Positions 1 to 11,149 of a stretch of DNA of 64,000 bases are shown piece after piece. Source of the DNA: Isurus oxyrinchus (lineage: Eukaryota); contig JANJGN010000025.1 in assembly GCA_026770705.1 (NCBI GenBank), forward strand, positions 18,042,001 to 18,106,000. Reading direction: 5' to 3'. Numbering within the stretch: the first letter of the stretch is position 1; every line of letters begins with the position of its first letter. The notes under the pieces are model-generated. The model worked only from the letters and a program-made list of their open reading frames with translations. It made no database searches and was not told the origin of the DNA. A program made the position numbers and the translations under genes.

Positions 1-68
1 GTGGTAACAAATTTCACAGGCTCACCACTCTCTGGGGGAAGAAATTTCTCCTCATCTCAGTCCTAAAT
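1..68 (-). mobile_element. CR1 LINE ORF2 3' fragment (continuation of the minus-strand CR1 at 2487-3180)
   Basis: Reverse complement encodes an RRNFF.QRVV-like CR1 C-terminal motif; it joins 2487 across the duplicated ctaaat. Confidence 0.8.
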
Positions 69-2480
69 CAGGTTGGTTGTGGATCCCAGGAAAGGAATTT
101 GTGGAATGTCTACGAGATGGCTTTTTGGAGCAGCTTGTGGTGGAGCCCACTAGGGAACAGACAATTTTAGATTTAGTGATGTGTAATGAGGCAGATTTGA
201 TAAGGAGCTTAAGGTGAAGGAACCCTTAGGAGGAAGTGACCATAATATGATAGAATTTACCCTGCAATTTGAGAGGAAAAAGCTGGAATCAGATGTAACG
301 GTATTACAGTTGAATAAAGGCAACTACAGAGACATGAGGGAGGAGCTGGCCAGAAATAACTGGAAGATGAGCCTAGCAGAAAAGACAGTGGAACAGCAAA
401 GGCAGGAGTTTCTGGGAGTAATTTGGGAGACACAGCAAAAATTCATCCCTAGGAAGAAGAAGCATACTAAAGGGAGGACGAGGCAACCATGGCTGACAAG
501 GGAAGTCAGGGACAGCATAAAAGCTAAAGAGAAAGCATACAATGCAGCGAAGAGCAGTGGGAAACCAGGGGATTGGGAAGCCTGGACAACTAAAAAAGAA
601 ATAAGGAGGGAGAAGATTAAATATGAGGGTAAACTAGCCAGTATTATATAAAAGAAGATTGCAAGAGTTTTTTTTAGATATATAAAGGGTAAGAGAGAGG
701 CAAAAGTGGACATTGGGCCACTGGAAAATGACGCTGGAGAAGTAGTAGTGGGGAACAAAGAAATGGCAGAGGAACTGAATAGGTACTTTGCGTCAGTCTT
801 CATGGAGGAAGACATGAGTAACATCCCCAAAATTTAAGAGAGTCGGGGGGCAGAGGTGAGTATGGTGGCCATTACCAAGGAGAAGGTGCTAGGAAAACTG
901 AAAGATCTGAAGGTGGATAAATCACCTGGACCAGATGGATTACACCCCAGAGTTCTGAAGGAGATGGTTGAAGAGATAGTGGAGGCGTTAGTGGTGATCT
1001 TTCAGGAATCACTGCAGTCAGGGAGGGGCCCAGAGGACTGGAAAATTGCTAATGTAACCCCCCTGTTTAAGAAGGGATTGAGGCAAAAGACGGGAAATTA
1101 CAGGCCGATTAGCCTGACCTCGGACGTTGGTGTGATTTTAGAGTCCATTGTTAAGGATGAGATTTCAGAATACTTGGAAGTGCATGGTAAAATAGGGCAA
1201 AGTCAGCATGGTTTCATCAAGAGAAGGTTATGCCTGACAAATCTGTTAGAATTCTCTGAGGAGGTAGCGAGCAGGTTAGACAAAGGAGAGCCAATGGATG
1301 TTATTTACTTGGACTTCCAGAAGGCCTTTGACAAGGTGCAGCACAGGAGGCTGCTCAGTAAGGTAAGAGCCCATGGTGTTAGAGACAAAGTACTAGCATG
1401 GATAGAAGATTGGCTGTCTGGCAGGAGGCAGAGAGTGGGGATAAGGGGGTTCTTCTCAGGATGGCGGCCGGTGACTAGTGGAGTTCCGCAGGGGTCAGTG
1501 TTGGGACCACAACTTTTCACTTTATAGATGAAGGAACTGAGGGCATCCTGACTAAGTTTTCAGATGATACAAAGATAGGTGGAGGGACAGGTAGTACTGA
1601 GGAGGTGGGGAGGCTGCAGAAGGATTTGGACAAGTTAGGAGAATGGGCAAAAAAGTGGCAGATGGAATACAACGTGGGGAAGTGTGAGGTCATGCACTTT
1701 GGTGGGAAGAATAGAGGCGTAGACTATTTTCTAAAAGGGGAGAGAATTCAGAAATCTGGAGTGCAAAGGGACTTGGGAGTCCTAGTCCAAGAATCTCTTA
1801 AGGTTACCTTGCAGGCTGAGTCGATTAGGAAGGCAAAAGCAATGTTGGCATTTATTTCGCAAGGATTAGAATATAAAAGCAGGGATGTGCTGCTGAGGCT
1901 TTATAAAGCTCTGGTCAGACCACATTTAGAATAATGTGAGCAATTTTCGGCTCCGTATCTCAGGAAGGATGTGCTGGCCCTGGAGAGGGTCCAGAGGAGG
2001 TTCACGAGAATGATCCCAAGAATGAAAGGCTTAACATATGAGGAACGTTTGAGGACTCTGGGTCTATACTTGATGGAGTTTAGAAGGATGAGGGGGATCT
2101 GATTGAAACTTACAGAGTACTGAAAGGCCTGGATACAGTGGACGTGGGGAAGATGTTTCCATTAGTAGGAGAGACTACAAACCGAGGGCGCAGCCTCAGA
2201 GTAAAGGGAAGATCTTTTAGAACAGAGATGAGGAGAAACTTCTTTAGCCAGAGAGTGGTGAATCTATGGAATTCATTGCCACAGAAGGCTGTGGAGGCCA
2301 GGTCATTGAGTGTATTTAAGACCGAGATAGATAGGTTCTTGATTGGTAAGGGGATCAATGGTTACGGGGAGAAGGTAGGAGAATCGGGTTGAGAGACTTA
2401 TCAGCCATGATTGAATGGCGGAGCAGACTCGATGGGCCGAATGGCCTAATTTCTGCTCATATGTCTTATGGTCTTATGGT
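69..2480 (+). mobile_element. 5'-truncated CR1 LINE; ORF2 pseudogene (end of APE domain, RT, C-terminus) with 3' microsatellite tail
   Basis: ORFs 214-651, 856-1527, 1605-1934 and 2138-2392 carry GGSDHN, KSPGPDG, NYRPISLTS, YLDFQKAFDKV, GVPQGSVLGP, FSDDTK, LYKALVRPHLE and RRNFFSQRVV. Tail is (cttatggt)n at about 2461-2482; ctaaat flanks it at 63-68 and 2481-2486. Confidence 0.95.
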
Positions 2481-2486
2481 CTAAAT

Positions 2487-3180
2487 GTTCTACTCCCTAT
2501 CCTCAGACTGTGACCCCTGGTTCCGGACTCCCCTACCATCAGGAACATCCTTCCTGCATCTACCCTGTCTAGTCCTGTTAGAATTTTATTTGTTTCTATG
2601 ATATCTCCCCTCATTCTTCTGAACTCCAGTGAATATAATCCTAATCGACTCCATCTCTCCTCATATGTCAGTCCTGCCATCGGGTAAACCTTCACTGCAC
2701 TCCCTCTAAAGTAAGTACATCCTTCCCCAGATAAGGAGACCAAAACTGCACACAATATTCCAGGTGTGGTCTCACCAAGGCCCTGTAGAATTGCAGCAAG
2801 ACATCCCTGTTCCTGTACTCGAATCCTCTGGCTATGAAGGCCAACATACCATTTGCCTTCTTTACCGCCGGCTGCACCTGCATGCTTACCTTCAGCGACT
2901 GGTGTACAAGGACACCCAGGTCTCGTTGCACATTCCCCTCTCTCAATTGATAGTCATTCAGATAATAATCTGCCTTCCTGTTTTTGCTACCAAAGTGGAA
3001 AACCTCACAATTATCCACAATGTACTGCATCTGCCATGCATTTGCCCACTCACTCAGCTTGTCCAAATCACACTGAAGCATCTCTGCATCCGCCTCACAG
3101 CTCACCCTCCCACCCAGCTTTGTGTCATCTGCAAATTTGGAGATATTAATTTAATTCTCTGATCTAAATCATTCATGATT
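2487..3180 (-). mobile_element. 5'-truncated CR1 LINE fragment (RT C-terminal part)
   Basis: Minus ORFs 2692-3105 and 2474-2755: LQCDLDKLSEWA, RDLGVLV, YRALVRPHLEYCVQFWSP, LEFRRMRGD. Confidence 0.92.
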
Positions 3181-4617
3181 ACCACTATCAATGAAACAGA
3201 ATCTGGGGGGTACTGGAGTGTGCCCCCTGAGCGGTCCAGGCATCGGAAGTGCATTTCGAGAAGACCAATGGCTCTCTGCACCGCAGCCCTTGTGGTGCCG
3301 TGGCTCCTATTGTACCGCTGCTCAGCTTCTGTTCTTGGATGGTGGAGAGGCATCATGAGCCACCTTCTGAGGGGATAGACCTTGTCACCCAGCAGCCATC
3401 CATCCAGCCGGGCTGGAGCACTGAAGAGCCCCGGCACCTGGGAGTGTCTGAGGATGTAGGTGTCGTGGGAGCTGCCTGGGTACCTTGCACAGACTTGTAG
3501 AATCTGCATCCTGTGGTCACACACTATCTGCACGTTCATGGAGTGGAAGCCCTTCCTGTTGACGAAGGCACCAGGCTCACCTGCTGGTGCCTTGAGGGCC
3601 ACATATGTACATCAATAGCACCCTGGTGGGGGAAGCCAGCAATGGCCGTGAAGCCGCTGGCTTGCTGAGCCTGATTTGCCTGGTGGTCAATGATGATGGT
3701 CAATGCATTCCTGAACAGAGCGTTTGTAACCTGCTTGACACAAGTGTGGACAGCTGATTCATCGAGACAACACAAAGATCACCCACCGAGCCCTGGAAGG
3801 AGCCAGAGGCATAAAAGTGGAGAGCAGCTGTGACCTCCAGAACTACTGGCATGGGGTGTCCATTTACACAGTTAGGGGAGATCTCAGGCCCAATCATCTG
3901 ACAGATATAGTTCACTGTCTCCCTTGAGAGATGGACCCTCCTTCGGCACTGCACCTCAGACACATTGAGATAGCTGCTTCACTACCTGTATACCCTAGCA
4001 GCAGGATAGTGACATCTTCTGTGGCCCCTTCCTCCTTGGACGACCCCTTGGCCCTGCACCCCTTGTGCCTGCACCTGACCCCCCAAAGGTGGCTCCCCTG
4101 GAGGCTGCATGTGCAGTCCCAGCCTCCCGCTCCTTCTTGCCCTCCCTCCCTCCTCAGAGGAGGTGTCACCAGTGAAGAGTTCAGCTCCCATTCCCAGGCT
4201 AAGGGCAGGCTTCCTGAAACCTGCAGGCCCAAAAAAGTTTCCTCACTGCAGAGTGCTGACCTGAAGGTTGTGAGTCCAGACAAAGCAGCTGGCATGCGTT
4301 TCGAAGTATTGCAGATCACCCAGCCAAGTATCAGTAACTTTGAAACATCGATATTTGACAGAGCACAATCACGACCCCACTGAGCCCTCTTATCCTGCCC
4401 GTGGATGAGGTTTATATAAATGTGTCCTACCCGCCTGCCCATTGTGCCCATGCACTGACCCGAAGATTGCATAGCGGCCAAAAAATCGCGGTCGATTGGA
4501 GTGTCAAGGGCCTTAAGTGGTCCGTTAATTAATGGCGGGAGTGCTTCAGAGAGCATTGCGCACCCGCCCAATGAAATATCGCGATGGCGCGCGGTAACAT
4601 TGGGGAAAATTCTGCCC
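3180..4617 (-). mobile_element. Harbinger/PIF DNA transposon copy A (TIR plus frameshifted HARBI1-like DDE nuclease from ATG 4191), interrupted by CR1 at about 3180
   Basis: Peptides [63 protein letters not shown]; TIR gggcagaattttc (reverse complement) ends at 4617. Confidence 0.92.
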
Positions 4618-4800
4618 GTAAAGTTTAAATTCTTTCCTTAAACAAATCAAAGTGAAGCAAAGTTGCAGTAATGTGAAAAAAATTCCCTTTCTTTGGCTCC
4701 AAGAAAGTGGTGGAGCTTTTGCAAGCATTGTTGCAATGCACTGCCAGGAGTTTGCACAGTACAGTGTTGCCTATTGAACAGCCCAACTATTAATATCCAA

Positions 4801-4950
4801 CAATGAAAACAGAAAATGCTGGAAAATCTCAGCAGGTCTGACAGCATCTGTGGAGAGAGAAGCATAATTAACGTGTCAGGTCCGTATGACTCTGCTTCAG
4901 AGCTTCTGTTTTCTGCTTTTATTTCAGATTTCCAGCATCCACTGTATTTG
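4801..4950. mobile_element. Penelope-like element remnant (inverted arm plus 3' tail) with degenerate hammerhead-like motif
   Basis: Flanked by ctattaa(t/c)atccaa at 4787-4800 and 4951-4964; homologous to the other PLE tails in the window. Confidence 0.7.
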
Positions 4951-5066
4951 CTATTAACATCCAAGACAGGACTATAAAGCGATTAATTCCCTATATAATT
5001 TTGCAATGGTTTTTGTCATTGACAAGTAAGAGGAGGAGCAAGCAAGATGATTTCCTAAATTTAGAA

Positions 5067-5533
5067 CAAAAACAGAATTACCTGGAAAAACTCAGCAGGT
5101 CCGGCAGCCTTGGCAGAGAAGAAAAGAATTGACGTTTCGAGTCCTCATGACCCTTCGACAGAACTTGATTTCGAGTCCAAGAAAGAATTGAAATATAAGC
5201 TGGTTTAAGGTGTGTGTGTGGGGGTCGGAGAGATAGAGAGAGAGAGAGGTCATTGTCACTGACATCTTTTGATGATCTGCTTCTATCACTGCTTGTTTGT
5301 CCACACAACCACCTCTCTCTCTCTCTATCTCTCCGCCCCCCCACACACACACCTTAAACCAGCTTATATTTCAACTCTTTCTTGGACTCGAAATCAAGTT
5401 CTGTCGAAGGGTCATGAGGACTCGAAACGTCAACTCTTTTCTTCTCCGCCGATGCTGCCAGACCTGCTGAGTTTTTCCAGGTAATTCTGTTTTTGTTTTG
5501 GATTTCCAGCATCCGCAGTTTTCTTTGTTTTTA
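5067..5533 (+). mobile_element. Penelope-like element 3' end with a 5' inverted duplication (arms about 190 bp)
   Basis: Arms at about 5065-5250 and 5301-5498 are near-perfect reverse complements; 15-bp TSD ttcctaaatttagaa at 5052-5066 and 5534-5548. Confidence 0.85.
5397..5435 (+). ncRNA. Minimal type I hammerhead ribozyme-like motif (variant core CUGUCGA); antisense copy at 5127-5165
   Basis: agtt-CTGTCGA-a-gggtc(atgag)gactc-GAAA-c-GTC-aact: stem I agtt/aact, stem II gggtc/gactc, palindromic ACGT stem III, GUC triplet at 5429-5431. Confidence 0.7.
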
Positions 5534-6112
5534 TTCCTAAATTTAGAATCTGTTTCGAAACTGAATGGTCTTCGGAAAGAAAGTGATGACAGGTCTTCAG
5601 TATAGGTGCATGCAAAATCACCACAGTTCATTTGATCTCACATGCCTCAGATAAGCTTTGTGTTTAGTTTGACATTGTTTTCTTTGTACTGAACCACAAT
5701 GGACAGAAAGATCAGACAGCATGTGACAGATCACTTCTTGTCTGCATTTATATGGTCAGGCAAGTGGAAAAGCTACGGATGATTTTCAATCTGTTGTAAG
5801 TTGCCTGCACTCCCATAACTTTTGAATTATTAACCTCGATGCTAGAAAAGTTACACAGGGAATTTAGTACTGAAGAGCCCAGAGTTTATAAATTAAGTTC
5901 AGCGATGCATCGTAGAATACAGTGTGTGATAGCACATCAATGAACACTTACAAAAAGAATCTTCAAAATTGCAAACATAAATTTACAGCACATCCCTGAA
6001 GTACATTTGCGAAATTGCCGACTCTGCTGAAAGAAAAAAAATCCCTTTTGCCAATATTCATCTTTTAGATATAATGTTTCTTCTTTTTTCCTCACTGTCA
6101 ATGTGCTTTCAG

Positions 6113-6177
6113 GGAAATATTGAAGCAAGATTAGACATTGAATTTTTGAAGAGCTCTTCTCTTCCTCGAACAATGAT
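6113..6177 (+). other. Candidate isolated 65-nt exon (GNIEARLDIEFLKSSSLPRTM), gene unassigned
   Basis: Polypyrimidine tract and tttcag acceptor at 6112, gtaagt donor at 6178, one open frame; no homology recognised. Confidence 0.25.
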
Positions 6178-7879
6178 GTAAGTCTTTATTTATATGGCTT
6201 CCATGTATGATGAGATTCCTTGGGTGAATGCTCCTTTCCCTTAACTTTTATTCAGATGGCTAACTTTTTTTAAAACAGAATTTTCCAGATTAACTTATAA
6301 CTGCTCTTTTTTTTTAACCATTTTTCCTGTACCTTAAGCTTCATGTTGACTCTTGTACATTGTTATAAAAAGCTGTGAGTGAGAAAGATTATTCATAATG
6401 GAGATTAAATGCAGCAATTGTCCCTTGATTATTTCTTTGGGTCCCAGCTGCAGAATTAATACAATTTCCTAAATGATATATGCACAATATGTACCACAAT
6501 TCCCACCCCTTCCCAAGGGCTATTTGGTTTAGTGGCAATTGGCACCACAGAGTGATCAGTCTCTTGTTATTGTTGATTGAGTCTACAAGCAATCAGGAAT
6601 ATTAACCATGTCTGTACAAATTTACAGCTGTCCCTCTTCCCACTTGACAATATTTCACAAAGGAAGCTCATATCTCCTAAAACCTAACCTGAGCCAATCT
6701 CAAATTATGCACGGTTTTCCCAGTGGTAGATGCTCCGATGAGCTTGCTTGTCCACAGCTGTAGGGATGTCTGGAGTGTTTCACTCACAAAATACATCTCC
6801 ATCCTTTGATGGTGGAGAAGATTCTTACTGTTCCAGGATTATAGCACCATAGTAGAAAATCCCAGGCTTCAAATTTCTCCCTGAGTGGAGAACTGACATC
6901 CTAGGCTCCCCCGCGATTCCTGTTGTACATCCTGTCTAAAGGGCCATACATTGCAAAGGATTTTCCACTCAGGGCCCCTTCAACAGTAAGAAAGATGTCA
7001 GAGATATCGGACGAGTTTCAATACCAATGAAAGCATCTTGTTAAATGTGTTTGTAGATCTTGCCTTTGAAACCACTAACGTCCCAATTTAATGTAGAAAA
7101 CATCACAATCATCCGCCATAACTATCACTTTTACACAGGAGATTGGCACTTCTGCAAAATACCTGCAGTGAAATGCATGACAAATGCAAGCTTACAAATC
7201 CAATAGGATAACAAAATGAAATGATTCATCATTAGATAACTGGAATTGAGAGAAAGATGGAGAAACAAATTTAACCAGGGTCAGCAATTTCCTCAGGTCT
7301 GTTCCTGTCCCAACACTATGGGGAGGATCTTCCAGTCGGCAAGTGGGAGCGGGACCCACTCGCCAACACACAAAATGACGCGGGGTGACGTTGGGTGGAA
7401 CTCCCAACGTCTCCCCGCGTCATTTCCATTTTCAGGTTGGCGGATGCACAGTCGAATCAACTGTGCACCTGCCAACTTGTTCGACGGCCTATTGAGGCAT
7501 TTAAAAAGTCATTAACATCATTACTGGACCGGCCCGTCCAACCTTAGGGCAGGCCGAGAGCCCTGGCAAGCTTCAGTAAAACCATCAAACCTCATCCACA
7601 GGCGGGATGATGTTTCATGAGGGTTTTTAAATATTTAATAAAGGTTTCGGTAAAAGTGATGGATGTGTCCCAACTCATGTGACAGGGTCACATGAGTGGG
7701 GACATGTCAGGGAAATTTTGCTCTCATTTCTTTAACATTTTTGAATTTGGAGCTGATCTCCATGAGTCAGCACTTGGCCTCAGGGAGATCAATGTGCTCT
7801 TTCGCACACATGCACAGAAAAGTGCACACCCGGCTGAGGGAATCCCTCCCGCACAGTGCGCGCATAGCTAATCGCCGCA

Positions 7880-9588
7880 GCCTCATCAGATGACACAGCC
7901 ACTGAAAGATGGGCAGGGGAGCTGCTGCCATCATCCAGAGCCCCCTGTGAGGAGCCCACAGAGACGACAAGCAGCTTGTGTGGCAACGTGAAGTCATTCT
8001 GGACCCCCCTGCTCGCCATTGATGGATGGGCACCTGGCTGGGATACTGGGTGCCTCATCCATCTCCCACACGGACACTAACCACCTGAGGTCAGTTCATG
8101 CGCGAGGGCCTGCAGGTCCGAGTGCAGCCCCAGGAACCCCTGATGCTGTTCCTGGAGCTGCCTCTCCATGAGAGTCACCAGTCTTTCAATGGAGGAGGCA
8201 GTGTGCTTGACCATGAGGGTCAACACAGTGCTGCTGCTCCACATGGACTCCTCCATAACGGAGACCATGGCAAGTATAGCCTCATGGATCTCCGCCAGAT
8301 CCTCCCACACATCTCACTGGATATCCAGCATCTGCTCCATAATGGATGACTCCAGAGGCTCATCATCTACCTTTGACTGAGCATTGTCCTGGTCTCCAGC
8401 AGTCCTCCAGCTGCTGGCACCCTTGACACTCTCTGCCTCCGCCTGCACCTCAAGCACCCTCACCTCCATGCTCCAACATTCTAGCTAAAGAGCTAACGTC
8501 CACCGAGGTGCTGGTATCTGCGCTGGTGCCTGGTTCAGAGAGCGGGTGTGATGCAGGTGCACCTGGAGTCTGGCAGTCCTCTGATGTCAGGGGTGGCTCT
8601 TTGGGGTCCGGGATTGGGCGCATGGCAGCAAATCTAAAGGAAAACAACGACATGTCATTAGCTTAAGCCATCACTCTGTCACTGTGCATGTCATGCACCC
8701 TGGTGAGACCATGGAGATCTGCATCATGGTGCCATCGTCTTACAGTGGCGAATCCAGTTTTGAGGCTCCCATCAATGATGAGATGACACAAGAATGTTTT
8801 CACCATCCGATACTCTCAGCTCTGTGCACTGCACTCTTACCTATGTCTGACACCCCAGCATCTCCGCAGCCACTTGACAGAGGTGCATGGTGCCTCTCCA
8901 GCGCCAAGGCAAAGTGCTTGTATCTGGTTAGGATTAGGAGGTTAGCACTGGTCTGCAACCTTTAATGTTGTTAAGGGCTGTTTTCTCCTGAAAGGACAGA
9001 GGAGCATTGATGAGTCCACTCTCTACCTGCAGCACCATTGCAGCCTGGCTGACCCCAGCTGAGGAACACCTCACAGGACACATCTGAGTCATGGCCTTTG
9101 AGCCGCAAGGCACTCAGTCCAAGCTGCCAGGGCTCGCCCCCTTGGCCAGCTCCGGCATCATTGACAGCTGGCACTCAAACTCTAACACCCCTGAGCTCCA
9201 TGGGGGGATGGTCAGCCCTTAACACTTCAGTACACTGATCCATGCCAACATGGTACTCACCCTTCCTGAGTGCAGAAAGTCATTAAACCTCTTGTGGCAC
9301 TGGACCCTGATGTGCCGCAACACATCATGACTGCTGACCAACTCTACCGCCTCTTCCCAAGCTCTTTTTGTTAGGTGCAGTGGCCTCTTCCTTCCATCCC
9401 TGGGGACAAGAGTGTCCCTCCTGGCAGCCCCTACCTCCTGGAGGACTGCGAGGCACTCATGACAAAACCAGGGGCCGAGTGCCCACCCGACCTGCCCTCC
9501 CGCCTGGCATCTGTGCCCACCTGACCTGCCCTCCCACCTGGCATCTGTGCCCACCCGACCTGCCCTCCCGCCTGGCATCTGCGACCAT
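7880..9588 (-). pseudogene. Harbinger Myb/SANT-like (trihelix) DNA-binding gene; exons about 9588-9261, 8987-8841, 8633-7880
   Basis: KRAWEEAVELVSSHDVLRHIRVQCHKRFNDFL trihelix motif; gtgagt and gtaag donors and tttcag/ctttag acceptors at positions conserved with copy E. Confidence 0.8.
9479..9580. repeat. 34-bp tandem repeat x3 (gtgcccacccgacctgccctcccgcctggcatct)
   Basis: Three near-identical units are visible; only one corresponding unit is present in copy E (about 29700-29727). Confidence 0.9.
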
Positions 9589-10845
9589 GTTGGAATCCAT
9601 AATTTCTAATCTCCTGCTGACAACACCGAAGGTGTCCTGATCGCCGGCAGCCTTCCAGGGCCTGACTGTGCCGGTTTTAAACTGTCTGCCGGGTCGCCGT
9701 TGGACCCGACGGCCGACAGACCCCCACCCCTGCCCCCGACCCCCGTCCCCGCCCGATCGTTCCTGACCACTGGGGAGCGGCCGTTCACACTCGGTGGGCA
9801 TTAATTGGCCCAGCAATGTGAAATCACAGTCAGGGGCCGAGCGCAGGGGCTGGTCCATTTCCCGGCCAGTTACCAGGTCACCAACCGCACCCGCCCACCA
9901 AACTCCAAATTCTGGCCTATAAATTCCCTGGAAGTGCGGCCGAACAAGCCTAATCAGGATTGTCAGCACAATCCTGGCAAAGTTACAATGGTGGAGGGTG
10001 AGCAGTTCTGAAGAAATTTCCATTCCAAATATTTTAAACGTTTTCAGATGCAAGGCAAATAAAACATTGGATTCAATAATTATTTTCATTGATTTTTGCT
10101 TCCAGCAAAACAACATTGTTGCTTATAAAGCATTAATGAGGCCACACACGGAGTGCGATCTCTGTATAGTTACATTATTCCATCTCAGTTCAACAGAAAT
10201 CTTGAGGGGGTGTGCACGCTATAAAAGAATTCTGGTGCAAATGGTAAACTTAAAAAAAAATCAGAGGAATTGGATTTAATATGTGCAAGTCTTTTTCGTG
10301 CTACTAGTTAACTCTGCAGGGTCATCTCGGTTAAATTGGTGTTGTTCTCATCCCTAAGTGAGAAGCTGTCGACTCAACCTCTGCTCAGCATACAGCATGT
10401 TCTAATACCAGTGAGGGAGATGGACACAATAAAGGTGGAGGCAGGAAATTTGTGTCAATGGCCAAGAACTGGAGCTGTGCAATGCTCCAAAACCTGTCTG
10501 ATGGTTGGCAAACTGGAGGTGACAGCGTGAAAAGTGGTTCTGCCTTTAGGGTGCACATGGACAGCTTGTGGAGCTATTTTTGCAATGTCATTGCCAGGTA
10601 AGTCCACCTCTATCTGTAAATATGAATGGGAAGTGACCAGCCAGTAAACATAACCTACCTCTGGCGCAGCCTGATGGATCACATTGCTGCTATTTTCCTT
10701 CTTCTACAAGAGGCATAAGGAATTCCTATTAGGAAACCAATGGCCTGTATTGTTTACATATTAAAATGTTAAAATTCACCCAAATGTTTGATGTGAAGCC
10801 TCCTGCCTCATTAAGTCAGAAAAAAAAACAGAATAAAAGTTTCAT

Positions 10846-11020
10846 AGTTGACGTTTCGAGTCCTCATGACCCTTCGACAGAACTCAAGTTCTGTCGAAGG
10901 GTCATGAGGACTCGAAACGTCAACTCTTTTCTTCTCCGCCGATGCTGCCAGACCTGCTGAGTTTTTCCAGGTAATTCTGTTTTTGTTTTGGATTTCCAGC
11001 ATCCGCAGTTTTTTGTTTTT
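10846..11020 (+). mobile_element. Short Penelope-like insertion beginning with a perfect 39-bp inverted duplication of the hammerhead-like motif
   Basis: Arms at 10846-10884 and 10887-10925 with a 2-nt spacer; 13-bp TSD ataaaagtttcat at 10833-10845 and 11021-11033. Confidence 0.88.
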
Positions 11021-11149
11021 ATAAAAGTTTCATGAATCTCCAAAGGTGGGGCAGTTTAAATGACTTCCTATAATGGGATGCACGATATCTAGGTACCTGC
11101 TTTGCACATGTAGTTTGATGGCTAAGTGCTGCTCAACCATAAACACCAG

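Larger units (their letters stand above)
7320..9917 (-). mobile_element. Non-autonomous Harbinger derivative B (Myb/SANT gene only, no nuclease)
   Basis: Degenerate TIRs ggggaggatcttcc and aaattctggcc; 3-bp TSD tat at 7317-7319 and 9918-9920; body homologous to 27930-30197. Confidence 0.85.

Noticed and set aside
324-830. 168-aa minus-strand ORF and similar antisense ORFs over CR1 and Harbinger
   Set aside because: Shadow frames of transposon coding sequence.
10106-10243. Possible exon QNNIVAYKALMRPHTEC... after a good acceptor
   Set aside because: Phase does not fit the 6113-6177 candidate, the donor is weak, and YKALMRPH may be decayed CR1 sequence.
11141-11149. aaacaccag resembling the left half of the zebrafish Harbinger3_DR target consensus
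   Set aside because: The right flank does not match and the other insertions lack it; probably chance.
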